Positions 63,981-64,000 of a DNA stretch of 64,000 nt are shown here, in pieces. A program made the position numbers and the translations under genes. The notes beneath the pieces were generated by a model. That model did not search any database and was not told the DNA's origin. It saw only the letters and a list, made by a program, of their open reading frames with translations. This DNA is from Amphiscolops sp. MND2022 (taxonomy: Eukaryota), in contig OZ076412.1 of assembly GCA_964187785.1 (NCBI GenBank), forward strand, positions 27,032,001 through 27,096,000, written 5' to 3'. Position 1 is the stretch's first letter, and each line of letters begins with the position of its first letter.

Positions 63981-64000
63981 CTTTGAAGTATCGCGGGAGG

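Overview
AT-rich animal (probably invertebrate) genomic DNA. It holds a 9-exon RUNDC1 gene on + (2688-33426, 738 aa predicted). RUNDC1 intron 4 (6158-30444, 24.3 kb) contains an antisense nested ALDH3B-like gene and a 19,524-bp intact Ty3/Gypsy-type element on - (6324-25847), which has 2,185-bp LTRs in which I saw no mismatch and an AGTT TSD. The element looks like a complex, env-bearing invertebrate retrovirus. It encodes gag and a -1 frameshifted pol with a TARG1/OARD1-type macrodomain inserted between protease and RT. Downstream are two paralogous unknown ORFs, a 72-aa ORF coupled by a UAAUG stop-start with TURBS-like UGGGA motifs, a chuvirus-G-like env, a 169-aa orphan and a captured RING-less TRAF (coiled-coil + MATH) gene. 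A splice donor sits just after the LTR TATA box and an acceptor lies 3-16 nt before each 3' cistron. The element also carries a covarying duplicated RNA structure, a 10-copy hairpin array and a PBS copy fossilised inside each LTR. The right half of the window has a decayed Mag-like Gypsy (40061-45855), a decayed BEL/Pao (47247-55334), dispersed repeats and decayed ORF remnants, and an intronless GT61 (EOGT-like) glycosyltransferase. All family calls come from motif recognition by eye; no database search was run.
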